From an uncultured Mesorhizobium sp. (lineage in GTDB: Bacteria; Pseudomonadota; Alphaproteobacteria; Rhizobiales; Rhizobiaceae), in contig CAZROU010000024.1 in NCBI GenBank assembly GCA_964601795.1, positions 772 to 64,771 on the forward strand: a stretch of DNA of 64,000 nt, written 5' to 3'. Positions within the stretch are counted from its first letter, which is position 1. Every line of letters begins with the position of its first letter. Under the pieces are notes generated by a model, which was not told where the DNA came from, did no database searches, and saw only the letters and a program-made list of their open reading frames with translations. The position numbers and the translations under genes are program-made. Shown here piece after piece: positions 1 through 11,103 of this stretch.

Positions 1-299
1 CCAGCCGCGCACATTTCAACCGCGCTGGCCGTCGCGCTGACAGGGCGGGGCGAGACATTGTGGCGCGTAACGCCGTGATTGCCGGCAAATATCGCAACCA
101 GCGGGCGATTGACTGAAGTGCGGGCACGGCCGGTCCAGGCTGCGAGCCACGCCGCAATGTCCTCGATGCGCCCCAATGAGCCTTCAGGCTTGTCCGCTTT
201 GGCGAAAACCTCCCGCACCGTCGCTTCGGCGTTGCCGTCGGCGGCAGGCAGCGTGGCGAGGAGGTTGCGGAAATCGTCGAAAGGCAATGCGCTGGTCAT
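1..299 (-). CDS. cobT: Nicotinate-nucleotide--dimethylbenzimidazole phosphoribosyltransferase (5' part; runs off window)
   Basis: Manual translation from ATG at 299: MTSALPFDDFRNLL...KPEGSLGRIEDIAAWL...VAIFAGNHGV, the CobT N-terminal signature. Not in the ORF track because it is truncated. Confidence 0.85.
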   Translation of the reverse strand, partial: MTSALPFDDFRNLLATLPAADGNAEATVREVFAKADKPEGSLGRIEDIAAWLAAWTGRARTSVNRPLVAIFAGNHGVTRHNVSPRPVSATASAVEMCAA

Positions 300-448
300 G
301 GGGTGTCCCTGGGTTTGCCAGCGGCATAAACCCCGTGAATTCCGGAGACAATGAAGAATGGCGCGAAAACGGCGACATGCGACGAAATAGGAAGGTCTTG
401 CATCGTCCCTTCCGTTGCACCATGTGGAGAAGAGTTCTGGACACAATC

Positions 449-682
449 ATGACTGCAATTGAATCGCCCTGCATTCTGGTCTGCTCGATAGACATAAAGA
501 CCGGATATTGCTTCGGCTGCGGGCGCACGCGCGATGAAATATCCGGCTGGATCAGCATGGCCCCCGAGACTCGGCGCGAGATCATGGGCGAGTTGCCGGC
601 GAGGCTGGAAACGGTGGAGCGCAAGCCGCGCCGCGAAACCCGGCGCTCGCGCATGGCGCGCGAACGCAGCGAAACATCCTGA
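449..682 (+). CDS. DUF1289 family small Cys-rich protein
   Basis: MTAIESPCILVCSID...GYCFGCGRTRDEISGW motif; ATG at 449 within ORF 176..682. Confidence 0.85.
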   Translation: MTAIESPCILVCSIDIKTGYCFGCGRTRDEISGWISMAPETRREIMGELPARLETVERKPRRETRRSRMARERSETS

Positions 683-687
683 GCGAC

Positions 688-1392
688 ATGAATCGCGGCC
701 TCTGGATCATCCTCGGCATCATTGGCGTGGCGCTCGCCATGCTCATTTTCAACCATTCCTCTGGCAGCACGCTGGGGTTCGCCAATGACGATTTCGGCCA
801 GTTGATCTGGCTCGGCGTACTGGGTGCGGTGATCGGCGCGGGATTGTTGCGGTCGGGCCGCCGTTTCGGCGAGATGTTTGGAACGCTGGGCCTCTGGGCC
901 GTGATCGTGCTCGGGCTGATCGCCGGCTATCAATATCGCTATGAACTGCAGGATTTCGCCAACCGCGTCACCGCCGGCCTTATTCCGGGCAGCCCGCTGA
1001 TGCTCAGCGTCGAGAACGGCCGCGCAGCCGTCACCTTGGACAAGGCGCGCAGCGGCCATTTCGAAACGCTGATGACGGTCAACGGCAAGCAGATCCGTGC
1101 CGTCGTCGACACCGGCGCGACATCAACGGTGCTGACTGCGGAAGACGCCCGGATTGCCGGCTACGATCCGGAGACGCTTCGCTATACCGTGCAGGTCTCT
1201 ACCGCCAACGGCACGGCGAGTGCCTCGGCGGTGCGCGCCGAGGAGATCGCAATCGGCAACATCGTGCGCCGCGACATGCCGGTGCTGGTCGCCGCGCCCG
1301 GCGCGCTGCAGCAGAGCCTGCTCGGCATGAACTTCATCGGCTCGCTGTCGGGTTTCGATGTGCGCGGCGACCGGATGACGCTCAGGGACTGA
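688..1392 (+). CDS. Clan AA aspartic protease (TIGR02281 type), membrane anchored
   Basis: N-terminal TM helices, GHF...VDTGAT catalytic motif, LLGMNF C-terminal motif. Confidence 0.9.
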   Translation: MNRGLWIILGIIGVALAMLIFNHSSGSTLGFANDDFGQLIWLGVLGAVIGAGLLRSGRRFGEMFGTLGLWAVIVLGLIAGYQYRYELQDFANRVTAGLIPGSPLMLSVENGRAAVTLDKARSGHFETLMTVNGKQIRAVVDTGATSTVLTAEDARIAGYDPETLRYTVQVSTANGTASASAVRAEEIAIGNIVRRDMPVLVAAPGALQQSLLGMNFIGSLSGFDVRGDRMTLRD

Positions 1393-1395
1393 TGC

Positions 1396-2193
1396 TCAGC
1401 TTGCCGGTCCCGGAAAAGGTGCGTCGATCCTTCCCGATAGCCAATAGGCTACAAGACCGACCCATTCGCGAATTGCCAGTGTCATGTTTTGCAGCGAATC
1501 TGCGGTGTTGTCGGTAAAGAAGCCTACGCCCTCCTTGCCCGAGGTACGATAGTCCACCGGCCAGGGAATCACGTCAAAGCCGGCCTTCTCGAACAGAGCG
1601 ATCGAGCGCGGCATATGGAAAGCGGAAGTAACGAGCAACCATCTCTCGCCGGACTTCGGCGCCACCAGTTCCTTGGTGAAGAGCGCGTTCTCGTAGGTGT
1701 CGCGGGATTTGCCCTCGAGGATCAAACGCTCCGGGGCAACGCCCAATGCCGTCAACAGCCGCGATGCGGTGGTGGCGTCTTCCTCGCCATCCAGCAACAC
1801 CGAACCGAGGCCACCGGATATGACAATCTTCGCATCAGGATAGCGCCGCGCCAGCACTGCCGCCTCGACGAAGCGATCGCCGGCCTTGTTCAACTCATAG
1901 CCACCACGGGCCAGATTGATCGCACCTTCGAAACCGCCACCAAGTACGACGATGCCGTCGATTGCGGCAGGCGGCTGCGGACGCTGGAAACGCTCCTCCA
2001 GTGGGTTCAGCATCAGCGCCCCCGCCGACGTCCAGGCGGATATCGCCAGGATGAGAAGGACCAGTGTGGAGCCAGCTACCGAAAGCCGCCTCCAACCAAT
2101 GAAGGCGGCCAAGAGCGCGGCCAGCAAGAGGATGATGGCAAGGTTGAGCGGTTGCGCGACGGCCCAGAAGAATTTGGAGAGGTAGAAGAACAT
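1396..2193 (-). CDS. YdcF/ElyC (DUF218) family protein
   Basis: IVVLGGG, ISGG, SRDTYENA, LVTSAFHMPRS motifs. Confidence 0.9.
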   Translation of the reverse strand: MFFYLSKFFWAVAQPLNLAIILLLAALLAAFIGWRRLSVAGSTLVLLILAISAWTSAGALMLNPLEERFQRPQPPAAIDGIVVLGGGFEGAINLARGGYELNKAGDRFVEAAVLARRYPDAKIVISGGLGSVLLDGEEDATTASRLLTALGVAPERLILEGKSRDTYENALFTKELVAPKSGERWLLVTSAFHMPRSIALFEKAGFDVIPWPVDYRTSGKEGVGFFTDNTADSLQNMTLAIREWVGLVAYWLSGRIDAPFPGPAS

Positions 2194-2219
2194 GCCCCAA
2201 CCTCACCCGATCAAGAAAC

Positions 2220-3785
2220 TCACCACCACTTCTGGGGTTGGAAGGTTCCCGCCGCCTGTTCGATGACATGCGCGGTCTGGAACAAGGTTTCTTCCTCGAA
2301 CGGCCGTCCAATGAGTTGCAAGCCAAGCGGCAAGCCGTTGGGATCGAGACCGGCCGGAACGGAAATGCCCGGAAGGCCGGCCATGTTCACGGTGACGGTG
2401 AAGATGTCGTTGAGGTACATCTTGACCGGATCGGAGGCCATATCCTCATCCGCGATGCCGAAGGCGGCAGATGGCGTCGCCGGGGTCAGGATGACATCGA
2501 CACCGGCCGCGAACACATTCTCGAAATCGCGCTTGATGAGGGTGCGCACCTTTTGCGCCCGCAGGTAGTAGGCGTCGTAATAGCCGGCCGACAGCACATA
2601 AGTGCCGATCATGATGCGGCGCTTGACCTCGTTGCCGAAGCCCGCTGCGCGCGTCTTCTCGTACATGTCGACGATATCCTTGCCCGGCACGCGCAGACCG
2701 TAGCGGACGCCGTCATAGCGCGCGAGGTTGGACGAAGCCTCGGCGGGCGCCACGATGTAGTAGGCGGGCAAGGCATATTTGGTGTGCGGCAGTGAGATAT
2801 CGACGATCTCGGCCCCGGCCTCCTTCAGCCAGGCAATGCCCTTCTGCCACAGCGCCTCGATTTCCTCCGGCATGCCGTCGACGCGGTATTCCTTCGGAAT
2901 GCCGACCTTCATGCCCTTGATCGAACGTCCGATTGCCGCTTCGTAATCCGGAACCGGCCTGTCGACGGAGGTCGTGTCCTTGGCATCGACGGACGCCATC
3001 GATTTCAGCAGGATCGCAGCATCGCGCACGTCGCGGGCAATCGGCCCGGCCTGATCGAGCGAGGAAGCGAAAGCGGCGATGCCCCAGCGTGAGCAGCGGC
3101 CGTAGGTCGGCTTGATGCCGACCGTGCCGGTGAAAGCGGCAGGCTGGCGGATCGATCCGCCGGTATCGGTTGCAGTGGCGCCAGCACAGAGGAAAGCGGA
3201 AACGGCGGCAGCCGAACCGCCCGAAGACCCACCCGGCACGAGTTGGGCATTGTCCAGCGCTCTTTCGGTCTTGATGCCGCTGGGAGACGTGAACCCGCCA
3301 TCGCCCTGATGCGTGGTCGGCGTCACAGATTTTTCGACACGCGAACGCCGCCAAGGATTGATGACTGGCCCGTAATAGGACGTCTCGTTGGACGAGCCCA
3401 TGGCGAACTCATCCATGTTGAGCTTGCCGAGCATGACGGCACCGTCAGCCCATAGGTTGGCGCTGACGGTCGATTCATAACGCGGCTTGAAGCCGTCGAG
3501 AACATGGCTGCACGCTTGGGTATGGATGCCCTCGGTGGCAAAGAGGTCCTTGATGCCAAGCGGTATGCCTTCAAGAGCACCGCCCTCACCCTTGCCTAGC
3601 CGCGCATCCGAGGCCTTGGCCATGTCGCGAGCCTTGTCGTGCGTCACGGTGATATAGGCGTTGAGGACCGGATTGGCCTGGTCGATTGCCGCGAGGTAGG
3701 CGTCGGTGATTTCCGCAGCCTTGATCTCCTTGCCGCGCAGCTTTTCTCGGGCCTCGGCTATCGTCAGTCTGGTCAGATCGGTCAT
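2220..3785 (-). CDS. gatA: Asp/Glu-tRNA amidotransferase subunit A
   Basis: Amidase signature [29 protein letters not shown]; start taken at MTDLT (3785). Confidence 0.97.
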   Translation of the reverse strand: MTDLTRLTIAEAREKLRGKEIKAAEITDAYLAAIDQANPVLNAYITVTHDKARDMAKASDARLGKGEGGALEGIPLGIKDLFATEGIHTQACSHVLDGFKPRYESTVSANLWADGAVMLGKLNMDEFAMGSSNETSYYGPVINPWRRSRVEKSVTPTTHQGDGGFTSPSGIKTERALDNAQLVPGGSSGGSAAAVSAFLCAGATATDTGGSIRQPAAFTGTVGIKPTYGRCSRWGIAAFASSLDQAGPIARDVRDAAILLKSMASVDAKDTTSVDRPVPDYEAAIGRSIKGMKVGIPKEYRVDGMPEEIEALWQKGIAWLKEAGAEIVDISLPHTKYALPAYYIVAPAEASSNLARYDGVRYGLRVPGKDIVDMYEKTRAAGFGNEVKRRIMIGTYVLSAGYYDAYYLRAQKVRTLIKRDFENVFAAGVDVILTPATPSAAFGIADEDMASDPVKMYLNDIFTVTVNMAGLPGISVPAGLDPNGLPLGLQLIGRPFEEETLFQTAHVIEQAAGTFQPQKWW

Positions 3786-4252
3786 CGGGAGAGCTTCTTT
3801 TCGTAAAATCGGGAATGGCCGGAATCGGGGTAGTCGAGCACCGCACCACATTTCTCGAAGCCGCCGCGCTCATAGACGCGGTAGGCGGGTTCAAAGCCGG
3901 TCGCCTCGCCGGTTTCGAGCACGAGACGGCCAATGCCTTTCTCGCGCGCCAGCGTCTCGATGCGTTGCAGGAGAAGCGAGCCAACACGCTGGCCGCGCAC
4001 TTCCGGCAATGTGAACATGCGCTTCACTTCGCCCAGGCCGGCACCGTGGTCTTTCAGCGCGCCCATGCCGGTGGCGCGACCTGATTGGTCACGCGCGACG
4101 AACAGCGTCACCGACGGCTCGGCCATCTGCTCGACCGTCAATTGAAACTGATACTCGCGGGGCGTCAGCGGAATAAGATAGGCATTCAACGCCGCGACAA
4201 GCGCGCGAACGTCGTCCTGCAAAGGCGTCTCGACGGTGATCTCGACTGCCAA
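3782..4252 (-). CDS. GNAT family N-acetyltransferase
   Basis: GEVKRMF...RGQRVG...LETG motifs; lies between gatC and gatA. Confidence 0.85.
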   Translation of the reverse strand: MAVEITVETPLQDDVRALVAALNAYLIPLTPREYQFQLTVEQMAEPSVTLFVARDQSGRATGMGALKDHGAGLGEVKRMFTLPEVRGQRVGSLLLQRIETLAREKGIGRLVLETGEATGFEPAYRVYERGGFEKCGAVLDYPDSGHSRFYEKKLSR

Positions 4253-4255
4253 GGC

Positions 4256-4543
4256 CTACTCCACCACCTTCGGCACGAGAAAGAAATTTTCTTCGGTTGC
4301 CGGCGCGTTGGCAACGATGTCGGCGGCCTTGTTGCCGTCTGTCACCACGTCCTGGCGCTTGCGCATCTCCATCGGCGTGACCGAAGTCATCGGCTCGACG
4401 CCCGACACATCGACCTCCCCTAATTGCTCGACAAAGCCAAGGATCGTGTTGAGTTCGCCGGTCATGCGCGAAGCCTCCTCATCGCTCACAGCGATGCGGG
4501 CAAGGCGCGCCACGCGCTTTACTGTCTGAAGATCAACGGACAT
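4256..4543 (-). CDS. gatC: Asp/Glu-tRNA amidotransferase subunit C
   Basis: [10 protein letters not shown]...NAP...FFLVPKVVE. Confidence 0.97.
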   Translation of the reverse strand: MSVDLQTVKRVARLARIAVSDEEASRMTGELNTILGFVEQLGEVDVSGVEPMTSVTPMEMRKRQDVVTDGNKAADIVANAPATEENFFLVPKVVE

Positions 4544-4650
4544 CGGAAGCCTGCTTCAAGCCTTGGAGAAACCTGCTTGGGCTATAGCCGCGCGGCGGGC
4601 ACTGCGCAACCTTGCATGTCCCGCTCGCGCACCGACGATGAGCCGATCGA

Positions 4651-5358
4651 TCAAATTTCAATCGTCTGCCCGATCTTCGGCAGGGCGACCTTGACTCCGG
4701 AGCCTTCCATGCCGGCAACGAACTTTTCCGCCGTCTGGTCGATCATCGGGAAAGTGCCGAAATGGCAAGGCACCGTGGTTTCAAACTTGAAGAAGCGGCG
4801 GCAGGCAAGAGCTGCCACGGCTCCGCCCATGGTGAAGCGGTCGCCAACCGGCACGATGCCGATCTTCGGTTCATGCAACTCGTTGATGAGCGCCATGTCG
4901 GAAAAGATATCGGTGTCGCCCATATGATAGAGCGTATCTTCATCAGGGAAGTGCAGAACCAGTCCACCTGGATTGCCGAGATAAGTGTTCGAACCACCCT
5001 CTCCCTGCGATGACGAGGAATGCAGCGCCTGAACGAAGGTCGTTGTAAAGGCACCGCATTCAACCGTGCCGCCGATGTTACCCGGATTGACCCTGTCGCC
5101 GCTTACGCCCTTACCGACCAGGAACATGCATATCTCGAAATTGGCGACCAGCATTGCGCCGGATTTCTGCAGGACTTCCAATGCACCACTGATGTGGTCG
5201 TCATGACCATGTGTAAGCAGCACATGGGTAACGTCTTGAGCTGGCCCTTCCCACCCGTCCGACCACGAAGGATTACCGATCAGGTAAGGGTCTATCAGGA
5301 TCTTGGCGCCCTTGGTTTCTATGCGGAAAGCGGAATGGCCATACCAGGTCAGTTTCAT
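4651..5358 (-). CDS. Metallo-beta-lactamase-fold hydrolase (UPF0173)
   Basis: [29 protein letters not shown]. Confidence 0.9.
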   Translation of the reverse strand: MKLTWYGHSAFRIETKGAKILIDPYLIGNPSWSDGWEGPAQDVTHVLLTHGHDDHISGALEVLQKSGAMLVANFEICMFLVGKGVSGDRVNPGNIGGTVECGAFTTTFVQALHSSSSQGEGGSNTYLGNPGGLVLHFPDEDTLYHMGDTDIFSDMALINELHEPKIGIVPVGDRFTMGGAVAALACRRFFKFETTVPCHFGTFPMIDQTAEKFVAGMEGSGVKVALPKIGQTIEI

Positions 5359-5433
5359 AGCAAGCGTCCTCGATTTTCTTTATTGTGGAGGATAGAAGTC
5401 TGGCCACCCATGTCAAAGGAAGGCTGGCACGTA

Positions 5434-5910
5434 TTGAACGTAATTGAAGTGGAAGACCTTCCCGCGCATCTTGGATCGGGAATGACCGTGGCCGGTCTCG
5501 ATCTTGGCGACAAGACGATCGGCGTCGCCGTATCCGACCAGCGGTTCTCCTTCGCCCATCCGCGCCCGGTCATCATACGCCGGAAGTTTTCGCTCGATGC
5601 GGCTGCGCTCCTCCAGATGCTTCAAAAAGAGAGCGTTGGCGCAATCGTGATCGGCTTGCCGATCAATATGGACGGCTCGGAAGGCCCACGCGCGCAAAAA
5701 TCACGGGCGTTCGTGCGCAACATGGCGCAGCTGACCGACCTGCCATTTGCATTCTGGGATGAACGGTTATCGACCGTGGCTGCCGAGCGCACCTTGATCG
5801 AGATGGACTTTTCGCGGAACAAAAGATCCGGGAAGATCGATTCGGCCGCTGCTGCCTTTATCCTGCAGGGTGTTCTCGACAGGCTCCGTCAATTGAGTAT
5901 CGACAGTTGA
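5434..5910 (+). CDS. ruvX: Holliday junction resolvase-like protein RuvX/YqgF
   Basis: [40 protein letters not shown]; start uncertain (TTG 5434 or ATG 5410). Confidence 0.92.
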   Translation: MNVIEVEDLPAHLGSGMTVAGLDLGDKTIGVAVSDQRFSFAHPRPVIIRRKFSLDAAALLQMLQKESVGAIVIGLPINMDGSEGPRAQKSRAFVRNMAQLTDLPFAFWDERLSTVAAERTLIEMDFSRNKRSGKIDSAAAAFILQGVLDRLRQLSIDS

Positions 5911-6198
5911 ACTATCAACTCCGCCCCGCTTTGCCTTGATCCAAGCCAGGATCAGCTTGCGTCGGCGAAATGCCCAAAAAGCCACCAGCAGTAACGTATC
6001 CACGATACATGCCTTGGCGACCATGCCGGGGATAATGGCGGGGTCAATGCCCAGGATATTGCCATAAATCTCAAACAGAAGGTCGTGGAATTGCCGGCTC
6101 AGCATGACATAGCCGAAGTTCATGTCGTTGAATGAGACGAAAAACCATCCCCAGAACATAACGAGCGGCGCAGCCCAAAGTGCGAACACGTAGCGCAT
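5767..6198 (-). CDS. Small rhizobial membrane protein (DUF6105-like)
   Basis: [19 protein letters not shown]...YGNILGIDP hydrophobic ORF; 3' end overlaps ruvX convergently. Confidence 0.65.
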   Translation of the reverse strand: MRYVFALWAAPLVMFWGWFFVSFNDMNFGYVMLSRQFHDLLFEIYGNILGIDPAIIPGMVAKACIVDTLLLVAFWAFRRRKLILAWIKAKRGGVDSSTVDTQLTEPVENTLQDKGSSGRIDLPGSFVPRKVHLDQGALGSHGR

Positions 6199-6428
6199 CA
6201 GAACGCCCTCTCCATTTGCACATTTGCGCCTGGATCGACGAGCCAATGCCTGCCACCCAAATGGTCGAGCAGTGAGATCGGCAATGAATTGTGTTCGGTC
6301 CGCATGGCCTTGTCCGTTCAGGTATCGTTAACAGTGGGCCTTGCTGGCGAGCACCGCAAATGAAACCATTTATTAAGGTTAACGGATATGCACAGGCAGG
6401 CGGCAAACAGGCTCTGCGTTGGCTGAGG

Positions 6429-8060
6429 TCAGTTGGTTTGCGGATAAAGGGTGTCGATGATGAGGCGTGCGTCGTGGCGCGAATCGAGCATTCCGTAGGT
6501 CGTGCGCCATTGCCCGGCGAGACGTGTTTCCAAAAAGGCATCGGCGATTCGCCCTGCCCCAAGCCTGCGCAACTCGGCAGCGGCAGCAGCCAGAGCCAAC
6601 TGCTCGGTAAGCAATCTCGCCGATCCTTCATCCGTCGAAGCGACCTGCATAGCCGCCTTCAGGACACTTATCGTCCCTCTTCCGCTTGCTCCGAGATCGC
6701 GGTCAATACCGGACAGCACCTCTTCGAACAGCCCGGGCGCACGGTCTAGGACGCGCAACACGTCCAGCGCCATTACGTTGCCTGAACCTTCCCAAATCGC
6801 GTTGACCGGTGCTTCGCGATAATAGCGAGCTAGAGGTGCCTCTTCGACGTAGCCATTGCCGCCAAGGCATTCCATGGCCTCGTAGAGCAAGGCGGGCGCC
6901 AGCTTGCAGACCCAGTACTTGACCACCGGCGTCATTGCCCGGGCAAAAGCGGCTTCGCCACGATCGCCAGCGGCTTCGTCGAAAGAGCGGGCCAATCGGA
7001 ACGACAAGGCCGTGGCTGCGGCGACATCCAGCGCCATGTCGGCAAGAACACGCTGCATCAACGGCTGGTCGATGAGTTTTGCGCCGAACACTTGCCGGTA
7101 ACGTGTGTGGTGGACCGCCTCTGCCAACCCCGCGCGCATCAGCGCGGAGGAGGCTATCGCGCAATCCAGCCGGGTAAGCGTGACCATATCCATGATCGTC
7201 TTCACGCCAGCGCCGGGCTCTCCGACCATCTCGCCGATGGCACCCTCGAACTCCACCTCGGAAGAGGCATTCGATCTGTTTCCGAGCTTGTCCTTCAATC
7301 GCTGGAAGCGGAATCCATTGCCGGTTCCGTCACCCAGTATGCGCGGCACCAGAAAGCAGGATAGGCCTTCGGCCGCCTGCGCCAGCACAAGGAAGGCATC
7401 CGACATCGGAGCCGACATGAACCATTTGTGGCCGCTCAAACGATAGAAACCGGTGGACCCGGCGCGTTCCGCGCGCGTGAGGTTCGCACGCACATCCGTG
7501 CCGCCCTGCTTTTCGGTCATGCCCATTCCAAGCGTCAGCCCGGTCTTTTCAACCGGCGGCTTCTGGCCCTGATCATATTTGCGTGTCGTGACGCGCGGTG
7601 CCCATTCGCGGAACAGCTTGGTGTTGGCCATCAGCGCGGCAAGCGAGGCGCTTGTCATTGTGATCGGGCAGAGATGGCCCGTCTCGAGTTGCGCGGTGAG
7701 GAAAAAACGTGCGGCGCGCACCTGATGCCGCCGCCCGATTTCGGCATCACCATTTTCCCAGATGGAAGAATGCAGACCGCTGGCTACCGAGCGGCGCATC
7801 AATGCGTGGTATGCCGGATGGTATTCCACCTGGTCGATGCGGCGGCCTTGCCGATCATGCGTACGCAGCTTCGGCAGGTCCGTGTTGGCAAGTCGCGCCA
7901 ATTCCTGCGCTTCATGGGTCAGCACAAAACGGCCAAGGCCATCCAGATCCTTGCGCACCGGCTCGGAGAACTGCTCGGCCAATTGAATGAGCAAAGGATC
8001 GCCCCGCCAGGCATTGGCGCCGGTCAGCGGCGGCGGCTGGTTCGTCACGTCGTCGGTCAC
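6429..8060 (-). CDS. aidB: Acyl-CoA dehydrogenase, AidB family
   Basis: VTNQPPPL N-terminus, MGMTEKQGGTDV, GHKWFMSAP, ECLGGNGYVE, IWEGSGNV; GTG start 8060. Confidence 0.85.
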   Translation of the reverse strand: MTDDVTNQPPPLTGANAWRGDPLLIQLAEQFSEPVRKDLDGLGRFVLTHEAQELARLANTDLPKLRTHDRQGRRIDQVEYHPAYHALMRRSVASGLHSSIWENGDAEIGRRHQVRAARFFLTAQLETGHLCPITMTSASLAALMANTKLFREWAPRVTTRKYDQGQKPPVEKTGLTLGMGMTEKQGGTDVRANLTRAERAGSTGFYRLSGHKWFMSAPMSDAFLVLAQAAEGLSCFLVPRILGDGTGNGFRFQRLKDKLGNRSNASSEVEFEGAIGEMVGEPGAGVKTIMDMVTLTRLDCAIASSALMRAGLAEAVHHTRYRQVFGAKLIDQPLMQRVLADMALDVAAATALSFRLARSFDEAAGDRGEAAFARAMTPVVKYWVCKLAPALLYEAMECLGGNGYVEEAPLARYYREAPVNAIWEGSGNVMALDVLRVLDRAPGLFEEVLSGIDRDLGASGRGTISVLKAAMQVASTDEGSARLLTEQLALAAAAAELRRLGAGRIADAFLETRLAGQWRTTYGMLDSRHDARLIIDTLYPQTN

Positions 8061-8234
8061 GCGCGGTCCTTGTGATCTACCCGCCACGGTCGAATCCGCA
8101 GCAACAGCGGCTTTATAGACGATTGTCGCATGGGAGCGCGACGAAAATACCGGGGAGAATCGGCTCTGTCCAAAGGCAGCGCTTGCGGGGCCAGTGCGCG
8201 CGCCCTATAGCACCCGCCAGAGATGGTCCAGCCG

Positions 8235-9194
8235 ATGACAGACACCTACCTGCCAATCTACCCGCACCGCCACTTGCTTGGCATAAGAGACCTTTCCCCG
8301 ACAGATATAGAGACATTGCTGGAACGCGCCGACCGCGCGGTAGCGATTTCGCGTCAATCGGAAAAGAAAACGTCGACGCTGCGCGGACGCACGCAGATCA
8401 ACCTGTTCTACGAGGCATCGACCCGCACGCAGTCCTCTTTCGAGCTTGCCGGCAAACGCCTCGGCGCCGATGTCATGAACATGTCGGTGGCAAGTTCGTC
8501 GGTCAAAAAAGGCGAAACGCTGATCGACACGGCGATGACCTTGAACGCCATGCGCCCCGACATCCTCATCATTCGCCATCAATCCGCAGGCGCTGCGGCA
8601 CTGCTGGCCCAGAAAGTCGGCTGCTCTGTGGTCAACGCCGGCGACGGCACGCACGAACACCCGACACAGGCTTTGCTAGACGCACTGACCATCCGCCGCG
8701 CCAAGGGTCCGCTGTCGAAACTCATAGTGGCGATATGCGGCGACATCCTGCATTCGCGCGTGGCGCGCTCAAATATCATTTTGCTGAACGCGCTTGGTGC
8801 GCAGGTAAGGGTCGTTGCCCCGTCCACGCTTTTGCCATCCGGAATCGAGCGCATGGGTGTGATCGTGGCCCGTTCGATGTCTGAAGGTCTGAAAGACGCC
8901 GACGTCGTGATGATGCTGCGCCTGCAGCGCGAGCGCATGGCCGGTAGCTTTGTCCCGTCGGTGCGTGAGTATTTCCGCTACTTCGGCCTCGACGCCGAAA
9001 AGCTGAAGGCGGCCAAGGACGATGCGCTGGTGATGCACCCCGGGCCGATGAACAGGGGCGTGGAAATCGCCTCGGAAATCGCGGACGGGCCGCAGAGCGT
9101 GATCCAGGAACAGGTCGAGATGGGTGTTGCCGTGCGCATGGCGGCGATGGAAGCGCTGCTCGACCCGCGCCGCAACCCCGAGGGGCGCGGCTGA
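8235..9194 (+). CDS. pyrB: Aspartate carbamoyltransferase catalytic subunit
   Basis: [31 protein letters not shown]. Confidence 0.97.
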   Translation: MTDTYLPIYPHRHLLGIRDLSPTDIETLLERADRAVAISRQSEKKTSTLRGRTQINLFYEASTRTQSSFELAGKRLGADVMNMSVASSSVKKGETLIDTAMTLNAMRPDILIIRHQSAGAAALLAQKVGCSVVNAGDGTHEHPTQALLDALTIRRAKGPLSKLIVAICGDILHSRVARSNIILLNALGAQVRVVAPSTLLPSGIERMGVIVARSMSEGLKDADVVMMLRLQRERMAGSFVPSVREYFRYFGLDAEKLKAAKDDALVMHPGPMNRGVEIASEIADGPQSVIQEQVEMGVAVRMAAMEALLDPRRNPEGRG

Positions 9195-10480
9195 TGGCCA
9201 CGACAGTTTTCAGCCACGCCAGAGTCATCGACCCATCGCGGGGGATCGACGAGATCGGCTCGGTGATTGTCGATGGCAAGAAAATCGCTGCGGCCGGCAA
9301 GGCGGCACTGAATCAAGGCGCACCCGAAGGCGCCAATGTGATCGACTGCGCTGGCAAGGCCATCATTCCGGGGCTGGTGGACAGCCGCGTTTTCATCGGC
9401 GAACCGGGCGGTGAACATCGCGAAACGATCGCATCGGCCAGCGCGGCAGCGGCAGCGGGCGGCGTCACCTCGATCGTTATGATGCCGGACACCGACCCTG
9501 TGATCGACAATGTCGCCTTGGTGGAATTCGTGCTGCGCACCGCCAAGGACACGGCGAGCGTCAACGTCTTCCCTGCGGCGGCGATAACCAAGGGCCTGGA
9601 AGGCCGCGAAATGACGGAGTTCGGCCTGCTGCGCGAGGCCGGCGCCGTTGCCTTCACCGATGGGCGACATACCATCACCAACTCATTGGTGATGCGTCGC
9701 GCGCTGACTTATGCGCGCGATTTCGGAGCTGTGATCGTGCACGAGACACAGGATGTCGATCTTGCGTCCTCGGGTGTCATGAACGAAGGGCTTTATGCAA
9801 GCTGGCTGGGTCTGGCTGGTATTCCGCGCGAAGCGGAAACGATCCCGTTGGAACGAGACCTTGCGTTGGCTCGCTTGACGCACGGCAGTTACCACGCCGC
9901 CAAGATATCGACGGCGATGGCGGCCAATGCGGTCAACCGGGCGAAGAACGATGGAGCAAACGTGACAGCGGGCGTCGCCATCCACAACCTGTCACTGAAC
10001 GAGAACGATGTCGGTGAGTACCGCACTTTCTTCCGGCTGGCACCCCCGTTGCGAGCAGAAGAAGACAGGCTGGCGATGATCGAGGCGATCAAGGACGGCA
10101 CGGTCGATCTGATCGTTTCTTCGCATGACCCGCAGGACGTCGATACAAAACGCCTGCCCTTTGCCGATGCCGCAGCCGGTGCAGTGGGCCTAGAGACGCT
10201 TCTTGCGGTGGCGTTGCGCCTTCATCACAACGACGAAGTACCGCTGATACGTGTGATAGAAACCCTATCCACAGCCCCTGCCCGCTTGTTCGGCTTGCCG
10301 GGTGGTTCGTTGAGGCCCGGTGCGCTGGCTGATCTCGCTTTGATCGACCTCGAAGAACCTTGGTTCGTAAGCGAAAGCGCCATCCGCTCGCGATCCAAGA
10401 ATACCTGTTTCGAAGGCGCGCGGCTGCAAGGCAAGGTCTTGCAAACGATGGTTGCGGGCCGCACAGTATTTTCGGCCTAG
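9194..10480 (+). CDS. pyrC: Dihydroorotase-like protein (probably the non-catalytic PyrC' type)
   Basis: PGLVD...GEPG...[12 protein letters not shown] motifs; 1-bp overlap with pyrB; metal-binding HxH replaced (DSRVF). Confidence 0.88.
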   Translation: MATTVFSHARVIDPSRGIDEIGSVIVDGKKIAAAGKAALNQGAPEGANVIDCAGKAIIPGLVDSRVFIGEPGGEHRETIASASAAAAAGGVTSIVMMPDTDPVIDNVALVEFVLRTAKDTASVNVFPAAAITKGLEGREMTEFGLLREAGAVAFTDGRHTITNSLVMRRALTYARDFGAVIVHETQDVDLASSGVMNEGLYASWLGLAGIPREAETIPLERDLALARLTHGSYHAAKISTAMAANAVNRAKNDGANVTAGVAIHNLSLNENDVGEYRTFFRLAPPLRAEEDRLAMIEAIKDGTVDLIVSSHDPQDVDTKRLPFADAAAGAVGLETLLAVALRLHHNDEVPLIRVIETLSTAPARLFGLPGGSLRPGALADLALIDLEEPWFVSESAIRSRSKNTCFEGARLQGKVLQTMVAGRTVFSA

Positions 10481-10515
10481 ACTGGCGCTTCGAACCGGTC
10501 AGCCGAGGGGGAAAC

Positions 10516-11103
10516 ATGACCTACGCTGCAATCGCGGCCCTGATCTTCGGTTATCTGCTCGGATCGATTCCTTTCGGCCTGCTTTTGACCCGCGCCGCCG
10601 GCTTGGGCGACGTGCGCTCCATCGGCTCGGGTAACATCGGCGCAACCAACGTGCTTCGCACCGGCAACAAGAAGCTTGCAGCTGCCACCCTCATCCTGGA
10701 CATGCTGAAGGGAACTGCTGCCGTCCTGGTTGCCAGATACTACGGATTGGAGCTTGGGCTTTTCGCAGGGTTCGGGGCATTCCTCGGCCATCTGTTTCCA
10801 GTCTGGCTGGGTTTCAAGGGCGGCAAGGGTGTCGCAACCTATCTCGGCGTGCTGATCGGACTGGTCTGGCAAGCGGCACTGATCTTCGCTGCCGTGTGGT
10901 TGCTCATGGCGGTGCTGTTCCGCTATTCGTCGCTTGCGGCGTTGACTGCAGCAGTCGTCATTCCCATCGCGCTATGGTTTCTCGTGACACCGGCAATCGC
11001 CGGCCTGTTTGCGGTGATGAGCCTTATCCTGATCTACAAGCATCGCGCCAACATCTCGCGCCTACTGGCCGGCACCGAAGGCCGGATCGGGGCCAAGGGG
11101 TGA
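10516..11103 (+). CDS. plsY: Glycerol-3-phosphate acyltransferase PlsY
   Basis: [36 protein letters not shown]. Confidence 0.96.
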   Translation: MTYAAIAALIFGYLLGSIPFGLLLTRAAGLGDVRSIGSGNIGATNVLRTGNKKLAAATLILDMLKGTAAVLVARYYGLELGLFAGFGAFLGHLFPVWLGFKGGKGVATYLGVLIGLVWQAALIFAAVWLLMAVLFRYSSLAALTAAVVIPIALWFLVTPAIAGLFAVMSLILIYKHRANISRLLAGTEGRIGAKG

